Shown: positions 9,436 to 18,932, numbered from the stretch's first letter. The stretch is 54,038 nucleotides of DNA from Candidatus Uhrbacteria bacterium (GCA_903843045.1 CAIMOJ010000017.1:1-54038); one strand, 5' to 3'. Numbers and translations are program-made. The notes: generated by a model not told the origin, from the letters alone.

Positions 9436-10113
9436 ATGACCCAACCCAAACAACCAGCCGAGCAAAGCATCAAGGTCGCCACGGACGCCGTGATCTTTAC
9501 CGTCCGGCGCGGGGAGCTCATGGCGCTTCTCATCCAGATGAAGAAGGTTCCGTACACCGGCAAGTGGGCCGTGCCGGGCGGGATCATCGGGCAGGCCGAG
9601 ACCACCGAGCAGGCGGCACGACGCATCCTGACGACGCAGACCGGGGTGAGCGACGCGCACCTCGAGCAGCTGGCGACGTTCGACGATCCGAAGCGCGACA
9701 AGCTCGGACGCGTGATCAGCGTGGCGTACGTGGCGCTCGTGGCGAGCGAGAAGGTGATCCTCAAGACGACCGAGAAGTACGCGGACGTGCGCTGGTGGCC
9801 GACGAGCAAATTGCCGGCGCTCGCGTACGACCACAAGGACATGGTCGCCGTGGCCGTCGATCGCCTGCGCGCGAAGCTCGAGTACACGAACGTGGCGTGG
9901 AGCCTGCTCCCTCCGCAGTTCACCCTGACCGAGCTGCAGGAGATCTACGAGATCATCCTCGGGCGGCCCGTCGACAAGCGCAACTTCCGGCGGCGCGTGC
10001 TCGACCTCGGCATCGTGGTCGGGACCGGGACCAAGCGGATGGGAGGCGCGCACCGTCCCGCGGAACTGTACGCATTCAAACGGCGAAGCATGGAATACAT
10101 CGAGGTGCTGTAA
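9436..10113 (+). CDS. nrtR: NrtR, Nudix-related ADP-ribose-responsive transcriptional regulator
   Basis: Degenerate Nudix box GG....ETTEQAARRIL, LAYDH, C-terminal wHTH FTLTELQEIYEIIL..DKRNFRRR..HRPAELY. Confidence 0.92.
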   Translation: MTQPKQPAEQSIKVATDAVIFTVRRGELMALLIQMKKVPYTGKWAVPGGIIGQAETTEQAARRILTTQTGVSDAHLEQLATFDDPKRDKLGRVISVAYVALVASEKVILKTTEKYADVRWWPTSKLPALAYDHKDMVAVAVDRLRAKLEYTNVAWSLLPPQFTLTELQEIYEIILGRPVDKRNFRRRVLDLGIVVGTGTKRMGGAHRPAELYAFKRRSMEYIEVL

Positions 10114-10159
10114 GCGCGGGGAAGGCGGCCGGCAAGGCCGCCTCTCTCCAGCCCGATTG

Positions 10160-10210
10160 TTCGTGTAACTTCTACATGAACATACCCCGTTCGTTCGGAT
10201 CGGACACGAA
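10160..10210. promoter_or_regulatory. NrtR operator(s) upstream of pncA
   Basis: TTCGTGT-N7-ACATGAA (10160-10180) and degenerate TTCGTTC-N7-ACACGAA (10190-10210). Confidence 0.65.
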
Positions 10211-10266
10211 GTGCGACAAATTTTTGCCAAGGCTGGTCATTTTTCCAGGATTCCTCTGGTTCCCCC

Positions 10267-10295
10267 TTGACGAAACCGAAGAAATTGGCTAATAT
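10267..10295 (+). promoter_or_regulatory. Promoter of the NAD operon
   Basis: TTGACG-N17-TAATAT. Confidence 0.65.
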
Positions 10296-10304
10296 CAGGC
10301 ACTC

Positions 10305-10363
10305 TTTGGAGTCTTTACCCAAGCCGCCCGCATCCCGCGGACGGCTAGGAAGAAGACTTCAAA
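10305..10363 (+). promoter_or_regulatory. Conserved intergenic stem-loop element E0
   Basis: tttggagtcttt pairs with gaagacttcaaa around the agccgcccgc/gcggacggct hairpin. Confidence 0.7.
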
Positions 10364-10375
10364 AAGGAGCGTTCC

Positions 10376-11140
10376 ATGTCGGCACCACACCCGATCGTTC
10401 GTACGGTCGAAGGCCCCATCATCATCAACGACGTCCTCTGGGCGGTCCTATCCGTGGACATCATGCGCACGTTCATGATGGGCGGCGGCCTCGGCGTACA
10501 GGGCGGACACGAGATCGTCCTTCCGGGTCTGAGGATGATCCGCAAGTTCAGCCGGGAATTCCGGTACGCACTGATGGACATCCACGCGCCCGGAAGCGTC
10601 TCCATCGTCACCAGCTTCGTCGGGTACGAGGCGTTCTACAAGCTCACCTATGACGAGGTGAAGGGGTGGACCCCGAAGAAGAACCGGATCGCCGCGCACG
10701 CGCGATTCACCCTGCGGGAGCTCAAGCGGTACCTGCGGAAGGTCGGCTTCCAGATCCTCTGGCCCGAACACGCGATGGAAGGTACGGACGAGGCCCGCGT
10801 GGAGCCCGAGATCCTCAACGAGTCAACGCTCCCGTGGTTCAAGGGCAACCGTCCGCACTCCGACTCGAATTCCGGATTCGAGGAGAACGACGGGCACGAC
10901 ATCGGTCTCGGCGCTCAGCTCTGGTGCCGAGGAATCAGGAAAATCGTGGTGTGGGGAATCGCGGGCGACGTCTGCGCGGGTCTCACGGCGCTGCACGGAG
11001 CCAAGCGGGGCTTCGAGGTCTACTTCGTCACCGACCTCTCGCCGTGCATCAGCCCCGAGGGCCGCGACGCGATGTACCAGCGTCTCATCGACGCCGGCGT
11101 CCACCTGATCACCTCCGACCAGATCCAGCAAGCGGCCTGA
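10376..11140 (+). CDS. pncA: Nicotinamidase (isochorismatase family)
   Basis: VDIM..F..GG.L.V.GG, DIH, WPEH..EGT, KG....DS.SGF, GIAGDVC. Confidence 0.85.
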   Translation: MSAPHPIVRTVEGPIIINDVLWAVLSVDIMRTFMMGGGLGVQGGHEIVLPGLRMIRKFSREFRYALMDIHAPGSVSIVTSFVGYEAFYKLTYDEVKGWTPKKNRIAAHARFTLRELKRYLRKVGFQILWPEHAMEGTDEARVEPEILNESTLPWFKGNRPHSDSNSGFEENDGHDIGLGAQLWCRGIRKIVVWGIAGDVCAGLTALHGAKRGFEVYFVTDLSPCISPEGRDAMYQRLIDAGVHLITSDQIQQAA

Positions 11141-11164
11141 CCGCTCTCCCCGAGACGCTCTCGG

Positions 11165-11211
11165 GACTTTTCTCCGGATGCTTGCGCCGTGCAGGCCGCC
11201 GAACAGAAGTC
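11165..11211 (+). promoter_or_regulatory. Conserved intergenic stem-loop element E1
   Basis: gactttt/agaagtc basal stem; preceded by cccgaga/tctcggg hairpin. Confidence 0.7.
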
Positions 11212-11234
11212 ACTCGGAACCAGGAGACCTTTCC

Positions 11235-12641
11235 ATGAACATCGTCCTATTTGGCACGAGCGCGAACCCGCCGACGCGGGCGCATCGGCTGGCCGCGGAA
11301 CAGCTTGCCAGGGTCTTTGACCGCGTGGTCGTGATTCCGTGCGGGATCCGTCCGGACAAGCACACGACCAACGTGGTGAGCGTGGTCCACCGGGCGCGGA
11401 TGTGCCAGATGGCATTTTCCGGGATCCCCAACGTCGAGATCGACCTGTCCGATCTCGAACGAACGGAATTCATGACGACCGTCGAGCTCGACCGCCACTG
11501 GAAGCGGCGCGAACCGGGCGCGGACATCTGGCACGCGGTCGGGTCCGACCTGATCCGCGGCGGACGAAGCGGCGCGTCGGACATCCAGCGCGAATGGCGC
11601 GAAGGCAGCACGGTCTGGCAGACTCTGCGCTTCGCGGTCATTCCGCGGCAGAGGTATCCGTTCTCCGACGACGATCTCCCGACGCTCGGGCGCGTCATGG
11701 CGTTCGAGATTCCGGACCATTCGAGCACGGAAGCGAGGCGTCTCCTGTCCTCCGGGCAGAACGCAAGCGACATCGTCTCGCGACGGGTGGCAGAGTATGC
11801 GCTGCGGTTCGGCCTGTACGGATTCGCTCCCGGCAGCCGGACGGAAGGGCGACTGCTTCTCCCGTCAGGCCCGAGTCTGTTCGTGGTCCCGGACCTGAAC
11901 AATCCGGCCGCCGTCCGCCGCGCACGGCGGCTGACCGGCCAGTGCGAACGGCCCGAGGACGCCGACATGATCGTGGCGATCGGCGGCGACGGTCACATGC
12001 TACACGTGATCCGGCAGACGCACCGGCATTGCGTCCCAATTCTCGGCCTCAACGCGGGCCACGTGGGATTCCTGCTCAACGAGCTGTCTCCCGAGGCGCT
12101 CAAGTCGCGCATCGCGGCCGGCGTTCCGTTCACCACGCACCTGCTCCCGATGCTCGCCGTGAGCATCCGGGGGATCGACGGAACGTGGGGCGACGAGCGG
12201 CTGGCATTCCAGGACGCATGGCTCGAGCGGTCCGGAGAGCAAACCGCGCGATTCAAGATCGGCGTCGAGGGACGGAGAACCCGCGCGTTCCAGATCACGT
12301 CCGACGCCATCCTCGGATCCAACCCCGCCGGATCCGGCGCGTATGCCGGCTCGATGGGCGCGCCGCTCATCCCGCTGAACTCCGCGTCCCTGATCCTCGC
12401 GGCCGGATGCGTGGCTCGTCCGAGAAACTGGACGCCAAAGCTGCTCGCAAACGGAACGCGCCTGACCTTCGAGGCGATGGAAACGGAAAAGCGTCCGGTC
12501 CGGGCGGTCATCGACGGATTGGGACACGGACCGGCAATCGGCATGCGCATCCGCCAGAGCGTGCTCGCCGGCGTGGAACTCGCCTTCGACCCGGAACTCA
12601 CGCTCGACCAGAAGATCGAGGACCTGTCCTTTCCAGCCTGA
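11235..12641 (+). CDS. nadD: Nicotinate-nucleotide adenylyltransferase (NadD) - NAD kinase (NadK) fusion
   Basis: N-terminal FGTSANPPTRAH, GSDL, SSTEAR; C-terminal IGGDG, GLNAGHVGFL, NPAGSGAY..SMGAP; AGGAG RBS. Confidence 0.85.
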   Translation: MNIVLFGTSANPPTRAHRLAAEQLARVFDRVVVIPCGIRPDKHTTNVVSVVHRARMCQMAFSGIPNVEIDLSDLERTEFMTTVELDRHWKRREPGADIWHAVGSDLIRGGRSGASDIQREWREGSTVWQTLRFAVIPRQRYPFSDDDLPTLGRVMAFEIPDHSSTEARRLLSSGQNASDIVSRRVAEYALRFGLYGFAPGSRTEGRLLLPSGPSLFVVPDLNNPAAVRRARRLTGQCERPEDADMIVAIGGDGHMLHVIRQTHRHCVPILGLNAGHVGFLLNELSPEALKSRIAAGVPFTTHLLPMLAVSIRGIDGTWGDERLAFQDAWLERSGEQTARFKIGVEGRRTRAFQITSDAILGSNPAGSGAYAGSMGAPLIPLNSASLILAAGCVARPRNWTPKLLANGTRLTFEAMETEKRPVRAVIDGLGHGPAIGMRIRQSVLAGVELAFDPELTLDQKIEDLSFPA

Positions 12642-12662
12642 CCCTTCCGAGACGCTCTCGGA

Positions 12663-12707
12663 TCTTTTCTCAGGAACCCCACCGCCGGTGGGGAGTCTGA
12701 CCGAAGA
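12663..12707 (+). promoter_or_regulatory. Conserved intergenic stem-loop element E2
   Basis: tcttttctcagg..ccccaccgccggtgggg..ctgaccgaaga; near-identical to E3. Confidence 0.75.
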
Positions 12708-12733
12708 CAACGTTCTTTTCAGGGAGACATTCC

Positions 12734-13798
12734 ATGTCATTCAGAGATCACATCGTCGGGTGCGCCGTCGGCGTCACCCTCGAGGCGCTCGGCGTCCCGC
12801 ACGAGACCATCACGCCCGAGGAAATCCTCGCGCTCACGAACGGCGCCGGGCTCACGGGGCTTCACCCCGCGCTCAAGCCGCCGGCGTTCCACAGCGTCAC
12901 GCGCATCCCGCTTGGCGGAACGTCCGACGACTGGCAGCTCTGGCGCGCGGTCGCGCGGTCGCTCATCGCCCGCAGGGGCGAGTTCGACGCGATCGACATG
13001 GGCCGCGAGCACGTGCTCGAGCTCAACCGCTGCACGGACGGATGGGGATCGAGCACCGAGGACGGCGCGCGACGCATCGAGCGCGCGCTCGACTTCGGCG
13101 GCATCGAGCGCCTCTACCCCGAAATCCCGCCGCGCACACCGCATCCTCCCATCCCGGGCGAGGATCCGAACGCGAAGGGATGCGGCAACGGCGTGGCCAT
13201 GAAGGTCGGCCCGCTCGCCATCGCGTCGCTCCGATTTGAGAGCCGCGACAGGTGGCTTTGGGAAAGCTGTCAGAAACTCGGCGAGCTCACCCACCCGAAC
13301 CCGCGCGCATGGATCGCGGCCTACGCCCTGGCCTGGTGCATTCGCGAGTGTCTGCACCGCGCCGAGATCGGAGAGAGGCCGTTCCGCGAGGGATGGGCCC
13401 CGGACGAGTTCCTCCACACGCTCCTCAACGTGATGACCTGTCACGAACCTGTCGGCGGAGATCGCGTGGAAGACCGGCTGCGCCGTCTCCGGCAGCCCGG
13501 CGTCCTCCGTTCGGCCGAGGCGCTTCGCGAGGCGACCGGAACGAGCTGCTACGCGCTCGAGTCCGTCCCGTTCGTCATCGGCACCTTCCTGCGCCATCCC
13601 GCGAACGTCCGCGCCGGAGTCCTCGAGACGCTGAACGCGGGCGGCGACACGGACACGAACGTGGGGATGTACGCCTCGCTCGCCGCCGCGAACGAAGGCT
13701 ATCGCGCGATCCCGAAGAAATGGCTCGCCCAGATCCCGAACTCCCGCCAGGCGTTCGCGCTCGGCGAGGCGCTCTACAATCTCCACGAGAGGCACTAG
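12734..13798 (+). CDS. ADP-ribosylglycohydrolase (DraG/ARH family)
   Basis: TSDDWQL, GNGVAMKVGP, LTH, GGDTDTN. Confidence 0.88.
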   Translation: MSFRDHIVGCAVGVTLEALGVPHETITPEEILALTNGAGLTGLHPALKPPAFHSVTRIPLGGTSDDWQLWRAVARSLIARRGEFDAIDMGREHVLELNRCTDGWGSSTEDGARRIERALDFGGIERLYPEIPPRTPHPPIPGEDPNAKGCGNGVAMKVGPLAIASLRFESRDRWLWESCQKLGELTHPNPRAWIAAYALAWCIRECLHRAEIGERPFREGWAPDEFLHTLLNVMTCHEPVGGDRVEDRLRRLRQPGVLRSAEALREATGTSCYALESVPFVIGTFLRHPANVRAGVLETLNAGGDTDTNVGMYASLAAANEGYRAIPKKWLAQIPNSRQAFALGEALYNLHERH

Positions 13799-13862
13799 CC
13801 TCCGTCCCTCAAGCCATTCTCGGCTTGTCCTCAATAGCTCCCGCTCAGGAGCGACGGAGGAA

Positions 13863-13907
13863 TCTTTTCTCAGGACCCCCACCGCCGGTGGGGAGCCTGA
13901 CCGAAGA
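13863..13907 (+). promoter_or_regulatory. Conserved intergenic stem-loop element E3
   Basis: Near-identical to E2. Confidence 0.75.
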
Positions 13908-13933
13908 CAATACCCTTTTCACAGGAGGCACAC

Positions 13934-15220
13934 ATGTGCATGGCACAACGCGGGCTGATCGAGGAAATTCTCGACGGTCCGGTCGTCGGCGGAATGCTCG
14001 ACGACGACTTCTACACCGAGACCATGGGACAGTTCGTCCACGAGCGTCACCCGGACGTCGAGGTCGTCCTCGGGCTGAAGAACCGCTCGAAGGAACGGCT
14101 CGCCGAATCGGTCGGCGAGAACGAGCTCGGCGACGAGCTGACGCGGCTGCAGGCCCGTCGCTTCACCAGGACGGAGCTGCACTACGTTCTCGGCACGGAC
14201 GAGTACGGCGACCGGATGTTCCGCACGCCGTACATCCGGCACCTCGAGGCGTTCCAGATGACGCCGTTCGACCTCTCCGCAAGGGACGGGCAGTTCCATC
14301 TCCAATTTCCCGGCCAATGGAAGTTCGCCATGCGCTGGGAGGTCCCGGCGCTCGCCACCATCAACGGGCTGCGGACGCGCAACCGCCTTCGCGGGATGTC
14401 CAGCGGGGAACGCGACCTCGTCATCGCGACCGGCATCACCCGGCTGTGGGAGAAAATCCGCACCATCAGGAAGTATCCGAAGCTCACGTTCACGGACTTC
14501 GGGACGCGGCGCAGATTCCACCGCGCGTGGCAGCGCTACGTCGTGAAGACCCTGCGCGACGAGCTTCCCGGCCAGTTCCTCGGCACCTCGAACACCGAGG
14601 CTGCCATGGACTTCGGCGTCATGCCGATGGGCACGAACGCGCACCAGCTCTACATGGTGATCGCGGCCATCCTGTCCGCCACGGACGAGAGCCTCGTCGC
14701 CTCCCACAACCTCGTGCTGCGCGAGTGGTGGAACCTGTACGGCTGGACGCTGTCGATCGCGCTCACCGACACCTTCGGGAGCGACTTCTTCTTCCGAGAC
14801 TTCACGGCCAAGCAGGCCGAGGAGTGGAAGGGCCTGCGCCAGGACTCCGGCGACCCGGTCGCGTTCGGGCACAAGGCGCTCGCGTTCTACCGCAAGCACG
14901 GCATCAACCCCATGGACAAGCTGCTGATCTTCAGCGACGGCCTCGACATGGAGATGATCGTCCGGCTGTGGCTCGAATTCGAGGGCCAGATCAAGGTGTC
15001 GTTCGGCTGGGGCACGCTTCTCACGAACGACCTCGGCCTCAGCGCGATCTCGATCGTCATCAAGGTCCTGGCCGCGCGCCTGAACGCGGATTCCCCGTGG
15101 GTGGGAACGGTGAAGCTCTCGGACAACATCGAGAAGGCGATGGGCTCCGCCGAGGACATCGAGCGATACAAGCGCGTCTTCCAGTACCTCACCACCTACG
15201 CCGCGGAGTGCCGCGTCTGA
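13934..15220 (+). CDS. pncB: Nicotinate phosphoribosyltransferase
   Basis: LDDDFY, DFGTRRR, GTSN, GTNAH, LTDTFG, GLRQDSGDP, FSDGLD, FGWGT, KLSD. Confidence 0.93.
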   Translation: MCMAQRGLIEEILDGPVVGGMLDDDFYTETMGQFVHERHPDVEVVLGLKNRSKERLAESVGENELGDELTRLQARRFTRTELHYVLGTDEYGDRMFRTPYIRHLEAFQMTPFDLSARDGQFHLQFPGQWKFAMRWEVPALATINGLRTRNRLRGMSSGERDLVIATGITRLWEKIRTIRKYPKLTFTDFGTRRRFHRAWQRYVVKTLRDELPGQFLGTSNTEAAMDFGVMPMGTNAHQLYMVIAAILSATDESLVASHNLVLREWWNLYGWTLSIALTDTFGSDFFFRDFTAKQAEEWKGLRQDSGDPVAFGHKALAFYRKHGINPMDKLLIFSDGLDMEMIVRLWLEFEGQIKVSFGWGTLLTNDLGLSAISIVIKVLAARLNADSPWVGTVKLSDNIEKAMGSAEDIERYKRVFQYLTTYAAECRV

Positions 15221-15235
15221 GCGAGACCGTCTCGC

Positions 15236-15289
15236 TTCTTTTCTCCAGGCAACGAGCGCATTCCGCGTTCGCTGCCTCGAGGTGAAGAA
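15236..15289 (+). promoter_or_regulatory. Conserved intergenic stem-loop element E4 (3' strand includes SD GAGGTG)
   Basis: ttcttttctccaggc...gcctcgaggtgaagaa. Confidence 0.7.
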
Positions 15290-16231
15290 ATGGCTCTTCT
15301 CAACAGACTGCTTTTGTTGGCGACTCCCGAGATGGAGGCGGTGGCATGGACGATCAAGGCGACCGCGGCGTTCCAGGTGGACGTCGAGGTCCTTGAGTGG
15401 GACCGGCGGTTTCCGGACGGGTTTCCCGACCAGAGGATCGTGTCGCCCCTGCGCGGCAGGGACGTCTGCGTCCTCGCGTCGTTCCATTCGCCCGACGCGA
15501 TCGAGCGGCAGTCCGGCATCATCTGCGCGATCCCTCGCTTCGGCTCGCGGTCGCTGCGCGTGGTGGCGCCGTACTTTCCCGGGACGATGGAGCGCGTTCG
15601 GAAGCCCGGCGAAATCGCCACGGCCATGACGTACGCGCGGCAGTTGTCGGCGACGCCGGCCTGTCGAATCGGCGGCATGGCGGAGTTCGTCTTCTACGAC
15701 ATCCACCAGACCGGCATCCAGTTCTACTTCGGCGACGGCGTGGCCGTCCGACTGGAGACGGCGATCCCGCTGCTCAAGTCACGCCTGCACACGCTCGGAT
15801 TCTACGAGCGGGAAACCCTGGTCATGTTCCCCGACGACGGGGCGCACAAGCGGTTCGGCGACGACTTTCCCGAGTTCGACCAGGGAATCTGCGCGAAGGT
15901 TCGCGGCGAGGGCGACGAGCGAATCGTCCGCCTGATCTGCGGGAATCCGCGCGGCTGCAAGGTCGTGGTCGTCGACGACCTGATCCAGCGCGGAGGGACG
16001 ATGATCGAGACGGGGAAGCTCATGCGCGACCTGGGCGCGACCGACGTGATCGGCTTCGCCACGCACTTCGTGGGCCCCGACTTTGCCGAAGCCCGCTTCG
16101 TGCCGAACGAACCGTTCTCCCGCGTGATCGTCACCGATTCGCATCCGTCCGCGGCCCGCGTCGACATTCGCGAGCCGTTCGAAGTCCTTTCGCTCGGCGC
16201 AGCGATCGCAGCCATCATCCGCGAGGAATGA
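15290..16231 (+). CDS. prs: Ribose-phosphate pyrophosphokinase, class II (plant PRS3/4-like)
   Basis: FPDG, PYFPGTMER..GEIATA, YDIH, FPDDGAHKRF, KVRGEGDERIVRL..GNP.G..VVVVDDLIQRGGT, ATH. Confidence 0.88.
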   Translation: MALLNRLLLLATPEMEAVAWTIKATAAFQVDVEVLEWDRRFPDGFPDQRIVSPLRGRDVCVLASFHSPDAIERQSGIICAIPRFGSRSLRVVAPYFPGTMERVRKPGEIATAMTYARQLSATPACRIGGMAEFVFYDIHQTGIQFYFGDGVAVRLETAIPLLKSRLHTLGFYERETLVMFPDDGAHKRFGDDFPEFDQGICAKVRGEGDERIVRLICGNPRGCKVVVVDDLIQRGGTMIETGKLMRDLGATDVIGFATHFVGPDFAEARFVPNEPFSRVIVTDSHPSAARVDIREPFEVLSLGAAIAAIIREE

Positions 16232-16232
16232 C

Positions 16233-16790
16233 ATGTTCAGACTATTCGCAACGCTCTACACCGGCTTCGTCTCGCTCGAGGCGTGGGCCCGCGGGAATGA
16301 GACCAAACCGATCCTCGTCGTCCGATCGACGGACTCGTGCTCCGGCCTTCTCTACGACCGACCGCGCAACCGCGTCCTCCTCGTTCGCCAGAACCGCGCG
16401 CCGATGGTGCGCGATGACAATCCCGACGGCTCCATCGTCGAGCTCGTCGCCGGACGCTTCGACCGCGCGGTCGGACCGAAGGCGCTGTTCGTCGCCGAGG
16501 CAAAGGAGGAAGCCGGCGCGAATATCACGGAAGAAGACGTGGAGCTCCTGAACGGCGGCCGGCCGATGGCCCCGTCGCCCGGAATCCTCACCGAGCGCTG
16601 CACCCTGGCCTTCGTCGAGATTCGCGAGGAGCATCTCGACGCGGGAGAAACGTTCGGCGTCGCTGCCGAGCACGAGGTCACCAATCGCGAGTGGATGTCC
16701 GTCCAAGGTTTCCTCTCCGGCCCGCACGATGACCTCCGCGTCTACACGCTCGCGCGCGAGCTCGAGTGCAGACTCCTTCGGAAGCGCTGA
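16233..16790 (+). CDS. Nudix hydrolase, ADP-ribose pyrophosphatase (NudF/NudK)-like
   Basis: VLLVRQNRAP, ELVAG, EAKEEAG, SPGILTE; starts immediately after the prs stop. Confidence 0.8.
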   Translation: MFRLFATLYTGFVSLEAWARGNETKPILVVRSTDSCSGLLYDRPRNRVLLVRQNRAPMVRDDNPDGSIVELVAGRFDRAVGPKALFVAEAKEEAGANITEEDVELLNGGRPMAPSPGILTERCTLAFVEIREEHLDAGETFGVAAEHEVTNREWMSVQGFLSGPHDDLRVYTLARELECRLLRKR

Positions 16791-16797
16791 CGCTTCC

Positions 16798-16851
16798 GTC
16801 TTTTCTCCAGGACTCGATCGCATTCCGCGCTCAAGTCCTCAAGGTGAAGAT
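16798..16851 (+). promoter_or_regulatory. Conserved intergenic stem-loop element E5
   Basis: gtcttttctccaggact...agtcctcaaggtgaagat. Confidence 0.7.
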
Positions 16852-17901
16852 ATGACGTCCCCAACCAACGTTCTCATGATCGGCGATTTCGGAAAGGACC
16901 TGGACGACGAGTTCGCCCTGCTCCTTGCCGTGGCGCTCGAGCGGCTCGGATACATTCGCCTGCTCGGCGTCGTCGCGAACCTCGCGCCGGCAATCGAGCG
17001 CGCGCGGCTTGCGAAGGGCACGCTTCAGACCCTCGGGCTCGGGCGCGTCCCGGTCGCGATCGGACGGCCCGTCACCGACGCGGGACGAACCTGCCCGCAC
17101 GATACGACCGTCCCGTATCTCGCCGACGCGTCCGAGCTGTCGGGCGAGGGGATCGACCTGATGCGACGGGTCCTCTCGGAAGCGGACGACCGCTCGGTCA
17201 CGCTCGTCCTGAATAGCGCGTTCACGGACGCCGCCGCGCTCGCCCGATCGAGCCCCGATCTGTTCCTGAGCCGCGTCTCCCACGTCGCCATCATGGGCGG
17301 CGTTACTGAGCGCGACGGACGTCTCGTTCCGGACGACGCCGCCAACAACGCGTTCGACCCGGCCGCGGCCGAGTTCCTCTACCGCTGGCTCCAGGACAAT
17401 CGCGTCCCGACCACGGTCGTGATGCGCGAGGCGGCCTACGCGTGCCAGATGGCCGCGTGGCTTCCCGTGAAGCTCGCCGAGATCGGGCACCCGGTGGGCC
17501 TCTCCCTCGCGCGTCGGCTTCCGCTCGTGATGGACGACCTCTGGGAGGCGGTCCACGCGCCAATCGGCTCGCCGATCCGCGGGACGCTCCCGCCCTCGCG
17601 GACCCGGGACTGGTACGTTCGCACCACCACCGGCAACAAGGACCCGGGCGTGCCGGGCGACGAGACCGTCTGGCCGTTCGTGGAAACGTTCCGCCTGTAT
17701 GACCCGATGAACCTCCTCGCCGCCGTGCCGGAACTCGCGGACCGGTTCTATGACGCCGATACGTTCACGGTGAACGGCACCGCGCACAAGGTCATCGGGC
17801 GCACCAAGGAATGCAACGGCATCCGCGACCCGCTGGCCCTCCGCGAAACCCTCGCGCAGTTCGCCACCGAGGCGCTTGCCCCGTTCGCCGGCGAGGACTA
17901 G
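16852..17901 (+). CDS. Inosine/uridine-preferring nucleoside hydrolase family protein
   Basis: DFGKDLDDE, IMGGV, ANNAFD, LYDP. Confidence 0.8.
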   Translation: MTSPTNVLMIGDFGKDLDDEFALLLAVALERLGYIRLLGVVANLAPAIERARLAKGTLQTLGLGRVPVAIGRPVTDAGRTCPHDTTVPYLADASELSGEGIDLMRRVLSEADDRSVTLVLNSAFTDAAALARSSPDLFLSRVSHVAIMGGVTERDGRLVPDDAANNAFDPAAAEFLYRWLQDNRVPTTVVMREAAYACQMAAWLPVKLAEIGHPVGLSLARRLPLVMDDLWEAVHAPIGSPIRGTLPPSRTRDWYVRTTTGNKDPGVPGDETVWPFVETFRLYDPMNLLAAVPELADRFYDADTFTVNGTAHKVIGRTKECNGIRDPLALRETLAQFATEALAPFAGED

Positions 17902-17950
17902 CTCCTCCTCGCCTTGTCCTCCATAGCTCCCGCTCAGGGGCGACGTAGGA

Positions 17951-17994
17951 CTCTTTCTCCCGGCCGCCGAATCGTCGACGCCCGGGACCGAAGA
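17951..17994 (+). promoter_or_regulatory. Conserved intergenic stem-loop element E6
   Basis: ctctttctcccgg...ccgggaccgaaga. Confidence 0.65.
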
Positions 17995-18011
17995 AATGCA
18001 AGGATACCCTC

Positions 18012-18932
18012 ATGCAACTGCGAGCTCTTTCCCTTTCGATCATGACGAGCGACCGCGAGAACTGCAACGCGGGATGCCAGTTCTGCATCTCGCGAACCAC
18101 CCCGGGCGACGTCATCGACCCGCGCGAACCGAAGCACTGCTCCGAGGCGCGGCTCCAGGTCGCGCTCGGCTACGCGAAGGCGCTCGGCGCCACGCACGGG
18201 ATCCTGACCGGCAAGGCCGACCCCACGCAGGAGAAGCCCGAGTACCTGTGCGGGCTGGTGCGAAGCGTCCGCCAGCACCTTCCACTGTGCGACATGCACA
18301 CGAACGGCTTCCTGCTGCACCCGGGCAAGAACCGCGAGCACCTGCTCGCGGGGCTCGTGGACGCGGGCCTCACGATGGTCACGCTCTCAATCGCAAGCTT
18401 CGACGAGGACGGGAACCGCGAGCTCATGGGCATCCGCCAGAGCGCCGCGGAGCTCATCCCCCTCGCGCGCGAGCTCGGCCTCATGGTCCGGTGCTCGCTC
18501 GTGGTCTGCAAGGGCGGAGCGAGCAACACCGATGAGGTGCTCGCGTACGTGCGACAAGCCGGCGAGCTCGGCGCCCAGTCCGTGGTCGTCCGCGAGGTGT
18601 GGCGCCCCGAGGTGCTCACCCCGGTGAACGAGCGCGTCTACGCGTGGAACCACGAGAACGCCATCGAGATCCAGCCCATCGAGGACGATATCGCGGATAT
18701 CGCGGAAACCAAGGGGAACCCGCACAGTCTCCACAAGCTCTACACGCTGCCGTGGGGCCGCAAGGTGTTCGCGTTCGGCGAAGGGACCTTCCGTGACCCG
18801 AGCCACGCCGTGCAGGTCGTCGTCTCCACGAGCGGAGACAACTTCCGCGGTGGTACCTACCAGACCCTCGTCCTCCGCCCCGACGGCAACGTCTACGGCG
18901 GATGGGAAAGCAAGGGCTCCATCCTCGCCTGA
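18012..18932 (+). CDS. Radical SAM protein
   Basis: CNAGCQFC (CX3CX2C), TGKADP, HTNG, LSIAS. Confidence 0.88.
   Translation: MQLRALSLSIMTSDRENCNAGCQFCISRTTPGDVIDPREPKHCSEARLQVALGYAKALGATHGILTGKADPTQEKPEYLCGLVRSVRQHLPLCDMHTNGFLLHPGKNREHLLAGLVDAGLTMVTLSIASFDEDGNRELMGIRQSAAELIPLARELGLMVRCSLVVCKGGASNTDEVLAYVRQAGELGAQSVVVREVWRPEVLTPVNERVYAWNHENAIEIQPIEDDIADIAETKGNPHSLHKLYTLPWGRKVFAFGEGTFRDPSHAVQVVVSTSGDNFRGGTYQTLVLRPDGNVYGGWESKGSILA

Noticed and set aside
13934-16231. pncB/prs as the phage NARP1 pair (Namat/Adps)
   Set aside because: The phosphoribosyltransferase has PncB-type rather than Nampt-type motifs, and PncA, NadD and NadE complete the conventional deamidating route
18012-18932. Radical SAM protein as a prokaryotic viperin
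   Set aside because: Only the generic CX3CX2C motif is shared; viperin-specific motifs are not evident
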